A model generated the notes under the pieces. The model was given only the letters and a program-made list of their open reading frames with translations, searched no databases and had not been told where the DNA came from. The translations under genes were made by a program, and so were the position numbers. 64,000 nt of DNA. It comes from a virus. Location of the stretch: positions 52,689-116,688 of the IMG/VR virus record IMGVR_UViG_3300021963_000049, one strand, 5' to 3'. This document shows, piece by piece, positions 17,682 to 27,224 of this stretch (the first letter of the stretch is position 1; each line of letters begins with the position of its first letter).

Positions 17682-17925
17682 GTATGTAAAAAAGCCTGTG
17701 GTTATAGAGGCTATGCAATGGACTGGAGATAATACAAAAGAAGTTTTAGAATTTTGCCCGGACTGTTTTACTTATGAAAGAAATAATAAAGATGTATTTG
17801 TAGTATCTACATTAGAAGGTAATATGAATGCATCTCTAAATGATTATATCATCAAAGGTATCAAGTCTGAGTTCTATGCTTGTAAGCCAGATGTGTTTAA
17901 TCTCACATATGATAAAGTAGATTAA
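17671..17925 (+). CDS. conserved phage protein (KKPVVIEA...CKPDVF family)
   Basis: KYVKKPVVIEAMQW...TLEG...DYIIKG..EFYACKPDVF. Confidence 0.8.
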   Translation: MMHKYVKKPVVIEAMQWTGDNTKEVLEFCPDCFTYERNNKDVFVVSTLEGNMNASLNDYIIKGIKSEFYACKPDVFNLTYDKVD

Positions 17926-18037
17926 GGTGACAAAGCAAGAGTTGGACATATGGAGAGCTGTGACCAATTTCACTAAGGGCCAGGAAGGAGCCAACTTAAA
18001 AGCAAGAGAATTATATGAACAATTAAAAACCAACAAT

Positions 18038-18295
18038 ATGGAAAATAAAGATGCAGTAGTTATAGAAGAAAAAATCTTTTCATTTGGAGAGATTCTAGTA
18101 GGTATAGAATTTAATCCATCTAATGATGAGAAAGTATTTCAAGTAAAACAAAAGTTTGCAGAGATAGCTAATCTATTAAAGGATGAGTATAATAATAGTG
18201 CTAAGTCTCCTGTAAAGAGTTTGGTATTTGATCATGCAATAGGTGAAATCCTAAATGCTCAAATGTCAGTAGTTAAATTAATAACAATGAAGTAA
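18038..18295 (+). CDS. Acb2/Tad1-like cyclic-nucleotide sponge (putative anti-defence protein)
   Basis: FGEILVGIEFNPS...KQKFAEI...AIGEILNAQMSVVKLIT resembles the Acb2 helical hairpin (AxTxxxxAxMWAVK); likely start MENK at 18038. Confidence 0.6.
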   Translation: MENKDAVVIEEKIFSFGEILVGIEFNPSNDEKVFQVKQKFAEIANLLKDEYNNSAKSPVKSLVFDHAIGEILNAQMSVVKLITMK

Positions 18296-18570
18296 TGGTA
18301 GTAAGAGGAAAAAGGTTACTGGTTACAGTACCAGAATTAAAAAAGACATCTGTTGAGTTATCAGCTAAGGATGAAGAAATGAGAATGCAAGATGCAATCA
18401 AGCTGTGGACAAAACTAGAAGTATTTGCAGTAGGTAATGAAGTAGAGGGAATTAACCCGGGAGATAAAGTGTATATCCAAACATATGCATTAGAATCTGC
18501 AGAAAGAATTGAAGTAGATGGAGTAATAAAATTATTAATTCCAGACCAGGCTGTTGCAATTATATATTAG
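18295..18570 (+). CDS. groES: GroES-like co-chaperonin
   Basis: GKRLLV...EVFAVGNEVEGINPGDKVY...IEVDG..LLI. Confidence 0.75.
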   Translation: MVVRGKRLLVTVPELKKTSVELSAKDEEMRMQDAIKLWTKLEVFAVGNEVEGINPGDKVYIQTYALESAERIEVDGVIKLLIPDQAVAIIY

Positions 18571-18776
18571 TATATTTGTATCTGCTTTAAGTTCATAATA
18601 ATAGTTAGATGGTAAAAGTTCTCAGGTCATATTTGGTCTGAGAATTTTTTTTATATTTGTATATCCAAGCAAACAAGCAATAGTGATAGGTAAGAAGATC
18701 CTCAGATTTATTTCTGGGGATTTTGTTTTTTAAAATATTTTACTTATATTAAGTATGTAATATATTATTTGTAATC

Positions 18777-19457
18777 ATGGATATTCTAAATTTTTTAAAC
18801 TTAAGAACGCAGCGTCTAGTAAAGACAACTGCTAATAATCCTGAAACAGACTTAATAGTGCTAGGCGCAGATGTAGGTTTTCAGAAAAGAGATGATAGGT
18901 ACCAAACCTATGCTATGCCTTTGGCAGATGCAGTAAAGGCTGGATCTATTGCTAATAACACTTTTGAAACTACTACTTATGATATATTTCCATTTGTAAT
19001 AACTCCTTTTATAAATAAGTCAGACTATGCAATAATTGACACAAATACAGGAAGTACATTGCAAGCATGGACTATACAAGGTACTATTCTTTTAACTGGA
19101 TATAATAGTTATGCAGAGCCTCTTGGAACTATAGTAATAGAAGGAGGAGCATCATCAGATATTCAAAACTGGAAAACAAGTGGTGCAGTTTCATTTGATA
19201 GTTTCTTACCAGGTGTAACTGAGTCACAACCATTAGGATTAATAAACTTATTAGAGGACAGTGTGGGTGGTGCTGATTATGCACAGATTTCAATAGGTCA
19301 ATTCCCAACAGTAGTAGGTGCAAATCTTGAGATTGATGTAGTTATGTTTGTTGGATCTTGTCCAATAACAGCTGGTCCTGCTGGTACTTTTGAAGGTGAG
19401 GTTTCTTTTCAAATAGAATTTTTAGCAGATGCTAATTATAATGTTACACTTAACTAA
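18777..19457 (+). CDS. structural/decoration protein
   Basis: N-terminal ~55 aa paralogous to 19603..20172; beta-rich C-terminus. Confidence 0.7.
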   Translation: MDILNFLNLRTQRLVKTTANNPETDLIVLGADVGFQKRDDRYQTYAMPLADAVKAGSIANNTFETTTYDIFPFVITPFINKSDYAIIDTNTGSTLQAWTIQGTILLTGYNSYAEPLGTIVIEGGASSDIQNWKTSGAVSFDSFLPGVTESQPLGLINLLEDSVGGADYAQISIGQFPTVVGANLEIDVVMFVGSCPITAGPAGTFEGEVSFQIEFLADANYNVTLN

Positions 19458-19471
19458 ATAAACTTAGAGTC

Positions 19472-19600
19472 ATGGCAAAGAAGAAAACAGCAAATCCAAA
19501 AGTTTTAGAAAAACAGGCTAAATTTAATAAATTAAGAAAGCAACCTTCAGAAAGAGTTGCTGCTTTAATAGCACAGTATAATGCGCAAAAAAATAGATAA
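19472..19600 (+). CDS. 42 aa basic protein
   Basis: MAKKKTANPKVLEKQAKFNKLRKQPSERVAALIAQYNAQKNR*. Confidence 0.6.
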   Translation: MAKKKTANPKVLEKQAKFNKLRKQPSERVAALIAQYNAQKNR

Positions 19601-19602
19601 TC

Positions 19603-20172
19603 ATGGATATTTTAAATTGGCTCTATATAAAAAAAGAGCAGTTAATAAGAACAAAAGCTAATAATCCTGACACGGACTTAGTAGCACTTGGTGCTAATGT
19701 AGGTTTTAATAAGAGAGATGATCAATATCAAACTTATGCAATGCCACTTAAAGATCTTGTTCAAGCTGGTAATGAAGGTAATACTAAACATTATGAGTTA
19801 GATATGACTGTAACAAATACAGTTACAGTAGATACTCCAAGAGGTATTATTGATATTACTGGAATGGGTACTGCACCTTTTTTAACTCCTGATCCAGCAT
19901 TTGCTTTTCAAACACCTTTTTATATTAATAATCCAGATCTAGATCTTACAGTAGCTAATAGAGATAATGTATATTTACAGTACTCTGTATATTATGCATT
20001 TGCTCCTACAGATGACAATGCTATTCCATATCTTATTTCTACAGGATTTATAATTCCAAATGGTGTAGGATTTAATCTATATAATGCTAATCCAGCAGCT
20101 GCACCTGTTGCACCAAACAACCAATGGACCGGAGCCTTGTATGTTTACTATGAACTTTATACAATTAACTAA
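19603..20172 (+). CDS. structural/decoration protein
   Basis: Shares MDILN...ANNP.TDL..LGA.VGF.KRDD.YQTYAMPL.D with 18777. Confidence 0.7.
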   Translation: MDILNWLYIKKEQLIRTKANNPDTDLVALGANVGFNKRDDQYQTYAMPLKDLVQAGNEGNTKHYELDMTVTNTVTVDTPRGIIDITGMGTAPFLTPDPAFAFQTPFYINNPDLDLTVANRDNVYLQYSVYYAFAPTDDNAIPYLISTGFIIPNGVGFNLYNANPAAAPVAPNNQWTGALYVYYELYTIN

Positions 20173-20174
20173 TT

Positions 20175-20555
20175 ATGTCAGTAGGAAATTTAAAAGACTA
20201 TGGTAACAAAGGAAATAATTTTCCTTTCCAGCTTAAAGTATTAGAAGGATTACAGGCTATTCTAGATGGTAACTGTTGTGAAGATATACTTCTTGCACTA
20301 GCTGATATAGATACTAAATTAAAGTCAAATCCCAGAACTCCAAAAATTATATCTAGTTCAACAACTGGAGCAACAATAGCTGGCTGGTATAGTTTTTCTA
20401 TAGCAAATGTAGGAGCTGCAGCAGGACTTGTAGATGGAGTTTCAATTCCTGCAGGAACTACTCTTAACTTTGATGCTGGAGTATTAAACAATACACTTGG
20501 AAGTTTACCATATGATGCAACAGGTACTACATTTATTATTACATATGTAGCTTAA
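20175..20555 (+). CDS. structural protein
   Basis: 126 aa; coiled N-terminus and G/T/A-rich beta C-terminus. Confidence 0.65.
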   Translation: MSVGNLKDYGNKGNNFPFQLKVLEGLQAILDGNCCEDILLALADIDTKLKSNPRTPKIISSSTTGATIAGWYSFSIANVGAAAGLVDGVSIPAGTTLNFDAGVLNNTLGSLPYDATGTTFIITYVA

Positions 20556-21112
20556 TGAGTACAACTATTTATCTTAATTCTTCTTTTGTACCAGTTACAA
20601 TTAATTATGGATTATTTGCTCAAACAGCAAACAGTATCCCTATTACAAATACTACTGTAGAAACATCTTTAATAAATGGAGGTGTAGGTACACTATCAGT
20701 TCCTGCTAATGGATTTAAAGTAGGAGATAGCTTTAGAGCAGTAATTGCTGGAGTATTAAATGTTACTAATAATCAAACTATACAAATAAGAGTAAAGGAT
20801 GGAACTTCAATACTAGTAGATAGTGGACCTAAATCTATCTCAAATATTACAGGAGATATCTTTTCTCTAAATATAGACTTTACTATAAGGCAGTTAGGAG
20901 CAGCTGGTGTAGCATCTATTGTAACTTTAGGCACCTTTCATTATACTAAAACATCAAACGGTGTCAATGAAGGTTTTGCATTTAATGCAGTCAATAACAC
21001 CACATTTGATACTACAATAAGTAATACATTAGATGTAACTGTACAATGGGGAGCTGCTAATCCAGGTAATAGTATATATAGTGATATATTTGTTTTAAAT
21101 AAGATATATTAA
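20555..21112 (+). CDS. structural (fibre-associated) protein
   Basis: 185 aa, T/N/G-rich beta protein. Confidence 0.65.
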   Translation: MSTTIYLNSSFVPVTINYGLFAQTANSIPITNTTVETSLINGGVGTLSVPANGFKVGDSFRAVIAGVLNVTNNQTIQIRVKDGTSILVDSGPKSISNITGDIFSLNIDFTIRQLGAAGVASIVTLGTFHYTKTSNGVNEGFAFNAVNNTTFDTTISNTLDVTVQWGAANPGNSIYSDIFVLNKIY

Positions 21113-21702
21113 TGAGTACTAGAATAGAATTAAAATCACAATCTACACCACCTGTTGGAGCTACATTAATGAAGACAGGTCAAACTATATCCACTAATAC
21201 TGGGGATGATGGTGCTACACAGAGAGGAAGACTGTTAGACTTTTTAACATTAAATAGTAATAATCCATTTGGAAATACTAATAGATTTACAGATAAATCT
21301 GGTAATCAAACATATACTAATTCAGTAGCTTTTGACTGGTCTACATATGATGGTTCTACAGTACTTGCTTATTATTATGGTGATAATACAACTAGACCTT
21401 GGGCAGATCAACTTACTCAACATACAGGAGCTACATTTGATGGTTTAACAGGATGGTATTTAACCAACTTTGTTGAAATGATTAATATCATGAACTTTGG
21501 ATTAATGGCTAACTACCAATTAAACTACGCCCCTTTTAATACAACAAGAAGATATTTTTGGATATCAACTCAAGTAACTGGAACTGGTGGATGTCTTACT
21601 GATTTAGCTGGTGTAAACCCATTTACTCAAACAGGTAAACAAAATGCTTTTTGGGGTATTTGGGTAAGAGTATGTAATGTTTCAGGAACAACAATAACTT
21701 AA
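21112..21702 (+). CDS. DUF1566/C-type-lectin-like receptor-binding protein
   Basis: KTGQT...GDDG.TQRGR, W...GLTGWYL.N..EM..I, YFWIST. Confidence 0.55.
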   Translation: MSTRIELKSQSTPPVGATLMKTGQTISTNTGDDGATQRGRLLDFLTLNSNNPFGNTNRFTDKSGNQTYTNSVAFDWSTYDGSTVLAYYYGDNTTRPWADQLTQHTGATFDGLTGWYLTNFVEMINIMNFGLMANYQLNYAPFNTTRRYFWISTQVTGTGGCLTDLAGVNPFTQTGKQNAFWGIWVRVCNVSGTTIT

Positions 21703-21712
21703 AATATAAATT

Positions 21713-21949
21713 ATGCCAACATATGCATTTCCACAATTTGATGTAGAGATAGTTGACCCTACAGTTACTATTGATATGAATACTATATCTGATAAAGCAA
21801 TAGATAAGCTTTTAGCTGTAAATGTTTTACTTACTACAGATACAGCTAAGTTTGGAGTAAGATTAGAAGATATGCCTTATAATCCATCTTGGGAAGATTC
21901 AGATGTACCAGGAATGGTAGATTTAAAACTGCAAGAATATATTGTATAA
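21713..21949 (+). CDS. small fibre-associated protein/chaperone
   Basis: 78 aa acidic ORF in the fibre cluster. Confidence 0.6.
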   Translation: MPTYAFPQFDVEIVDPTVTIDMNTISDKAIDKLLAVNVLLTTDTAKFGVRLEDMPYNPSWEDSDVPGMVDLKLQEYIV

Positions 21950-22249
21950 ATGGCTTATATAAATGTACAAGGAACTACTGCAGGTACTCAGATAATATAT
22001 GAAGCACCTGAAGAAATTACATCTTGTATAGTTGTATATATTAGACTTAACAATCCTAATGCATACACTATAACATTATCTAGGTATGAGGCATCAACCG
22101 CATCAACAGTAAATTTATATACAAATACATTAGCTGCCGGAGATAGTGTAATTGATACAACTACATATGTATTATATCCTGGGGATAAAATAATTTTAAC
22201 TACTACATCTCCTGGAACTGTATATTTAGCATTAATAAGTAGTTTATGA
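21950..22249 (+). CDS. small structural beta-sandwich protein
   Basis: IYEAP...L.N...TLAAGDS......L.PGDKI pattern. Confidence 0.6.
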   Translation: MAYINVQGTTAGTQIIYEAPEEITSCIVVYIRLNNPNAYTITLSRYEASTASTVNLYTNTLAAGDSVIDTTTYVLYPGDKIILTTTSPGTVYLALISSL

Positions 22250-23841
22250 AACAATTAGTTGATGCAAATGGTAATATATTTGGCACATCTACAGTCCAAA
22301 TTATAGGTTCAGATGGCAAACCTAAAACAACAGGTGGATCTGGAGGTACACCATCAGGCCCGGCAGGAGGAGACTTATCTGGTACATATCCTAATCCAGC
22401 GGTAATATGGACAAATGGTTTACCTACATATAATTTATCTTATTATCCATTAGCATCAAATCCAGCAGGATACTTAACATCATTAGCATTATCACCATAT
22501 TTAACAATTACTTCTGCAGCATCAACATATTTACCAATTGGTGGTGGATCAATGACAGGTTTTTTAACATTAAATGCAGATCCTACTTCTTCCTTACATG
22601 CTGCTACAAAACAATATGTAGATAACTTGTCAGGTGGTATTAACTTTCACGCACCTGTGCACGCAGCCACTACAGCTAATTTATCAGCTACATATTCAAA
22701 TGGAGTATCTGGTGTAGGAGCAACATTAATAGCTACATTAAATGGAGCCATAGTAGTTGATACTCATACCTTAGCTGCTGGAGAAAGAGTATTAGTATGG
22801 CAACAATCTGCCGGATTAGAAAATGGTATCTATGATGTTACCAATACAGGATCACCATCTACACCATTTATACTTACTAGATCAGCTGATGCAGATAACT
22901 CACCTACAGGAGAATTACAAAATGGAGACTTTTGTTTTGTACAACAAGGAGCAACATATGGTGGATTTGGTTTTATACTAAATACAACGGGAACTATAAC
23001 TGTAGGAACAACAGCAATTAATTATGTACAGTTTAACGCTGCACAAGCAGTAGCTGCTGGATATGGTTTACAGGAGTTATCTCCAAATATACTTTCAGTA
23101 GATACCTCTTTAATTGCAACTATTACTAGCTTAGGATCATATCTTACAACAGCATCTGCTGCAGCAACTTATTATCCTCTAACAAATCCTGCAGGGTATA
23201 CATCTAACACAGGTACAGTAACTTCTATAGCTACGTCAGCTCCTATTACAGGAGGAACTATTACTGGATCAGGCACTATTGGTATAACACAGGCAACAAC
23301 ATCAACAGATGGGTATCTGTCTTCAACTGACTGGAATACATTTAATAATAAACAAAATAGTCTAACAGCTGGGTATGGTATTACTGGCATTCCAACTCCT
23401 GCAGTATCATTAACATCAACTCAAGTATTTGCTACAGCAACAACTTCCATAAATGCAGCTACATATATAGATATAACTGGATGTAGTGTATCATTAGCCG
23501 CAGGGACATGGTTAATAACAGGTTTTGTAGTTGGAGCAGCAGCTAACTTAATTATACAATGTTTTGTTGCAATTAGAGATGGATCAAATAATGTTATTGC
23601 TGCAGCAGCAATGTCAAGACCTGCCTCTGGTACAGCATCATTAAACTCCCCAATTTCAGTATCTTGGTCAGCACTTGTTACACCAGCAGCAACTACAACG
23701 TATAAGCTAAGTGCAGCTAGAGGATTAACAACACATACTTCAACTTGGACTGTGTATGATGGAACAGGTTATAATACTTCCAACCATGCTACAGATAACT
23801 CTGACAAAGGCACTAATATATTAGCAATAAGAATTGCCTAA
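22246..23841 (+). CDS. tail fibre protein
   Basis: GPAGGDLSGTYPNP, ADPT...HAATKQYVD, ERVLV..Q....ENGIY, DGYLSSTDW.TFN.KQ fibre motifs. Confidence 0.85.
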   Translation: MKQLVDANGNIFGTSTVQIIGSDGKPKTTGGSGGTPSGPAGGDLSGTYPNPAVIWTNGLPTYNLSYYPLASNPAGYLTSLALSPYLTITSAASTYLPIGGGSMTGFLTLNADPTSSLHAATKQYVDNLSGGINFHAPVHAATTANLSATYSNGVSGVGATLIATLNGAIVVDTHTLAAGERVLVWQQSAGLENGIYDVTNTGSPSTPFILTRSADADNSPTGELQNGDFCFVQQGATYGGFGFILNTTGTITVGTTAINYVQFNAAQAVAAGYGLQELSPNILSVDTSLIATITSLGSYLTTASAAATYYPLTNPAGYTSNTGTVTSIATSAPITGGTITGSGTIGITQATTSTDGYLSSTDWNTFNNKQNSLTAGYGITGIPTPAVSLTSTQVFATATTSINAATYIDITGCSVSLAAGTWLITGFVVGAAANLIIQCFVAIRDGSNNVIAAAAMSRPASGTASLNSPISVSWSALVTPAATTTYKLSAARGLTTHTSTWTVYDGTGYNTSNHATDNSDKGTNILAIRIA

Positions 23842-23910
23842 GTAGTTATACGTAATTTGTAAAATTTTTTGTATATTATATATATATTTATAATTATAAT
23901 AACAATAGAA

Positions 23911-24192
23911 ATGGATTCAGCAACAATAAGTATGTACGGCATAGGAGCAATAGTAGCAGTAATAGGCTACTTTTTAAGAATGACTCATATGGACCTTAAA
24001 AAAGTTATGGATAACCAAGTCAAAGTACTTGAAGACCAGGGTAAATTAAAAGGTAAAATAGAACTTGTAGAACAAGAATCTAGACTAAAATATCAGGCAC
24101 TTGCTGAATCAACACAGTTAGAGATAAAAAACTTAGCAAGAAATGTAAGTGAACTATCAACAGCTGTAAAAGAATTAATTATAAACAGATGA
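23911..24192 (+). CDS. holin-like/lysis membrane protein (N-terminal TM plus coiled coil)
   Basis: Likely start MDSATIS at 23911; upstream of the endolysin. Confidence 0.6.
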   Translation: MDSATISMYGIGAIVAVIGYFLRMTHMDLKKVMDNQVKVLEDQGKLKGKIELVEQESRLKYQALAESTQLEIKNLARNVSELSTAVKELIINR

Positions 24193-24371
24193 TGAATAGA
24201 TATTATAGACCCACACCAATTAAGTGGAGAAAAGTAGGTGATGCTCTTTTAGCAGCAAGCACTACTATAACTACATTTGCAATCTATGAGCAAGTGGAAT
24301 GGTTAGCATATGTAGCTCTAATAACTGGTGTTGTGGGTAAATTCTTAACTAACTTGTTTGTAAGGAAGTAA
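24189..24371 (+). CDS. putative holin
   Basis: PTPIKWRKVGD plus two TM segments; lysis context. Confidence 0.65.
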   Translation: MMNRYYRPTPIKWRKVGDALLAASTTITTFAIYEQVEWLAYVALITGVVGKFLTNLFVRK

Positions 24372-24400
24372 CAAGTTTAATATAAATCAAAATCAACAAC

Positions 24401-24697
24401 ATGGCAAAGAAAAAAGTAAATGTTGATGTAACTGTAGAGACAGAAAAGTCAAAGGTTACTGTACAGAAAAAAGAAAAGAAGGTTAAAGTAGCAGTAGATA
24501 CTCCTAATGTGGATGTTACTTATAACCAAGAAGATGAAAGTAACAAAGAATTTGTACTAGATAGTAAAAATCTTGATGTTACAGTAAAAAAAGAAGCTGA
24601 CAAAACTACAGTAGAAGTAAAGTCAGAAAAAGGCTTTCTTAAGCAAGTAGGCAAAGTTCTTTCTAAAGTAGTTCTTAAAAGATTCAAAAAGAATTAG
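24401..24697 (+). CDS. K/V-rich beta-repeat protein
   Basis: Repeated (V/L)DVTV..E units. Confidence 0.65.
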   Translation: MAKKKVNVDVTVETEKSKVTVQKKEKKVKVAVDTPNVDVTYNQEDESNKEFVLDSKNLDVTVKKEADKTTVEVKSEKGFLKQVGKVLSKVVLKRFKKN

Positions 24698-24699
24698 TC

Positions 24700-25380
24700 A
24701 TGTCAGCATTAGATATATCAAAGATTAAACAGTACCCTCTTAAAGAAACACAGTATGTGAAAGAGGATACCACTAAGAGACAGATAGTGCTTCATCATAC
24801 AGCAGGAAACTCTTCTGCATTAAATACCATGATTAACTGGAATAATGATGATAGAGGTAGAATAGCAACATGTGTAGCTATTTCCGGTAAAGGTGCTACT
24901 AATTCTTATGACGGTGAAATAGTACAAGGATTTCCATCTAAGAACTGGGCATACCATTTAGGAGTTAAACAAGAAGTGTTTGCAGCATATGGTGTAACAT
25001 ATCAGAACCTAGATAAACTTTCTATAGGTATAGAAATTTGCAACTGGGGCCCTCTTACTAAGAAAGGTACTAAGTTCTATAACTATGTAGATAGAGAAGT
25101 TCCAAGAGACCAAGTATGTACATTAGATACAGCTTATAAAGGATATAAACACTGGCATGCTTATACAGATGCTCAGATAGAAGCAGTAAGACAGTTGCTT
25201 GTATACTGGAAAGGTATACACAATATTGATATTAAATATAAAGAAGCTGATATGTGGAATGTGTCCAAACCAGCTTTAAGTGGTGTGCAAGGAGTCTATA
25301 CACATAACTCTTACAGAAATGATAAGACAGATGTATCTCCTCAACCTAAGTTGATAGCAATGCTTAAAACTTTAGTATAA
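24700..25380 (+). CDS. endolysin, N-acetylmuramoyl-L-alanine amidase (Amidase_2)
   Basis: IVLHHTAG, WAYHLG, SIGIEICNWG, YTDAQ, THNSYR.DK.D.SP. Confidence 0.9.
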   Translation: MSALDISKIKQYPLKETQYVKEDTTKRQIVLHHTAGNSSALNTMINWNNDDRGRIATCVAISGKGATNSYDGEIVQGFPSKNWAYHLGVKQEVFAAYGVTYQNLDKLSIGIEICNWGPLTKKGTKFYNYVDREVPRDQVCTLDTAYKGYKHWHAYTDAQIEAVRQLLVYWKGIHNIDIKYKEADMWNVSKPALSGVQGVYTHNSYRNDKTDVSPQPKLIAMLKTLV

Positions 25381-25538
25381 TGAAATTAAGAAATAACTGG
25401 AGAGCAAAAAATAAACAGTGGGATAAATTTATTATAAAGCTCCGCATAAGTACTGTAGACATATTTAGCTTAGAGATTGATATCTCTAGAGAGTTTTATA
25501 TGATTACACTTTTAAATTTATGTATAAAAAATAGATAA
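25380..25538 (+). CDS. 52 aa hypothetical protein
   Basis: MKLRNNWRAKNKQWDKFIIKLRISTVDIFSLEIDISREFYMITLLNLCIKNR*; TAATG overlap with the amidase. Confidence 0.6.
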   Translation: MKLRNNWRAKNKQWDKFIIKLRISTVDIFSLEIDISREFYMITLLNLCIKNR

Positions 25539-25540
25539 CA

Positions 25541-25819
25541 ATGAGAACAGCAAGTAAAAAAATGCAAATGGGTGGTACAAAACAAGCAAAAAAGATTGTT
25601 AAAAAAGTAACATCAATGGCAAAAGCAGGCAAAGCTCCTGCAATGAAAAAAATGCAAAATGGAGGTGCTAACACAGATCCTCTTAGTGGTAAAGGTAGAT
25701 GTAAAATGGGTGAATGTGGACCATCAGCAGGTGGTTCAAGAGGAGCAGCAAGACAAAAATCATCATCAGCAAGATCTTTTAGCAAACCTAAATTTAAAAG
25801 AACAAAAGTTAGGTTTTAA
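25541..25819 (+). CDS. highly basic protein with MQxGG motifs
   Basis: KKMQMGG and KKMQNGG; K/R-rich; terminator at 25839-25870. Confidence 0.7.
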   Translation: MRTASKKMQMGGTKQAKKIVKKVTSMAKAGKAPAMKKMQNGGANTDPLSGKGRCKMGECGPSAGGSRGAARQKSSSARSFSKPKFKRTKVRF

Positions 25820-25930
25820 TACTTAAAGTAAAACTTTAACCCAGGCTATCTAACAGTCTGGGTTTTTTTGTTTTAAATATTTTTAGTTTAAACTTTTATT
25901 ATATATTTGTATAAATTAAAAAAATATAAA

Positions 25931-26218
25931 ATGGAAAACCAACAAGAAGAAATGAACCTAAGTCCAGAGGAATTAGCAGAAAGAAAAGAAGAAATGAAAA
26001 AGTTCTTTGATGAGTCTATTCCTTATTTAGAATCTCAAGCACAGTATGAAAAGCTTATGACTGAGATTGAGGAAGCTAGATTTAAAAGAGCTACTTTTCA
26101 GTATCAGTTTACTATGATGATGCAGAATACACAAGGGCCTGAAGAAGGATCTGAAGTAGAAAAGGATGACTTTCCAATTCCACCACCATCAAAAGAAAGA
26201 AAACTTAAAAAAGGCTAA
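25931..26218 (+). CDS. hypothetical coiled-coil protein
   Basis: Likely start MENQQ at 25931, after the promoter at 25902. Confidence 0.7.
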   Translation: MENQQEEMNLSPEELAERKEEMKKFFDESIPYLESQAQYEKLMTEIEEARFKRATFQYQFTMMMQNTQGPEEGSEVEKDDFPIPPPSKERKLKKG

Positions 26219-26220
26219 CA

Positions 26221-26601
26221 ATGGCTTTAGTAAATCAAGTACAGAAAAAAGTTAAAATGCCCAAATGGGATGTTGTAAAGTATCAGATATTAACTCACTG
26301 TTATATTAACCGCATAACAGTGAGTGAGTCTGATCTTAACTGTCTTACTTTACTAAGTTTCAATCAGCCAATTGAGTTAACTAATTTTTGTTTAGATGCA
26401 TCTTCAGAAGAGGACTGGATTTTTAAATCTCCTCAGACTGTAAGAAACTGCATTAATAAAGCTGAGAAAAATAAGTTAGTAATAAAAGACAGCAACAATA
26501 AAAAACTAATTATGCTAAACCCAAATTTGAAAATTCAAACAGAGGGTACTATTTTATTAGACTATAAATTCTTAGGCTATGATACCGAAGAAAGTAAATA
26601 G
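26221..26601 (+). CDS. winged-helix-like protein
   Basis: SPQTVRNCINKAEKNKLVIK...LNP. Confidence 0.55.
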   Translation: MALVNQVQKKVKMPKWDVVKYQILTHCYINRITVSESDLNCLTLLSFNQPIELTNFCLDASSEEDWIFKSPQTVRNCINKAEKNKLVIKDSNNKKLIMLNPNLKIQTEGTILLDYKFLGYDTEESK

Positions 26602-26965
26602 ACTATATAAACAAGCTGCTGAAGACTTAAATGTTGATGAATCACTAATAGAAAACTTATCAGATTTTTTTTATAAAGAACTTAAAAATGCCTTATCAAA
26701 TCTTAGTCACCCAAGAATTAATGCAGATGGTCTAGGACATTTTGTAGCTAAAAAAAGTGCAGTAAGAAAAGCAATACCAAAGTATAGTGAAAAACTAGAA
26801 GACCATGACACATCAACATTTGGTGCTTATCACAATAAGAAGCAAATGGAATCTAAACTTGAGTTACTCATTAACTTAGATAAAATGATAACTGAAGAGG
26901 AAGAATTTAAACAAGAATTTAAAAATAAAAAGTATGGCAACACTAAAGGAAATTTGGAAGAATAG
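26579..26965 (+). CDS. IHF/HU-like DNA-binding protein
   Basis: AEDLNV...IE...FFY.EL...L....PRINADGLGHF. Confidence 0.65.
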   Translation: MIPKKVNRLYKQAAEDLNVDESLIENLSDFFYKELKNALSNLSHPRINADGLGHFVAKKSAVRKAIPKYSEKLEDHDTSTFGAYHNKKQMESKLELLINLDKMITEEEEFKQEFKNKKYGNTKGNLEE

Positions 26966-27224
26966 AAAACAAATCTTTGAAGGTATTACTAACTCAATAA
27001 TTAAAGATGCTGTAGTAGAGCAAGTAGCAGACTTAAGATATGAGATCTGTTATACTTGTGAACACAAGGGTAGAAAGTGTGCAGTAAAAGGAACAGCTCC
27101 TTGCTGTAACTTATGTGGATGTTCTCTTGCATTTAAAACAAGAGCCTTATCTACAGAGTGTCCGGATGGCAGATGGAAAGCAATTATTTCTGAGAAAGAA
27201 GAAGAAAGGCTAGATGAGTTATGA
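26934..27224 (+). CDS. Cys-rich Zn-binding protein
   Basis: R..IC..C...C..CGC.L..KTR....CP.G.W. Confidence 0.7.
   Translation: MATLKEIWKNRKQIFEGITNSIIKDAVVEQVADLRYEICYTCEHKGRKCAVKGTAPCCNLCGCSLAFKTRALSTECPDGRWKAIISEKEEERLDEL

Larger units (their letters stand above)
15812..25909 (+). promoter_or_regulatory. Bacteroidota-type -7 promoter elements TATATTTG
   Basis: Intergenic copies at 15812, 17338, 17461, 18571, 18652 and 25902 match TAnnTTTG. Confidence 0.7.

Noticed and set aside
21112-21702. Diversity-generating retroelement target
   Set aside because: The gene is lectin-like, but no reverse transcriptase or template repeat is visible in the window
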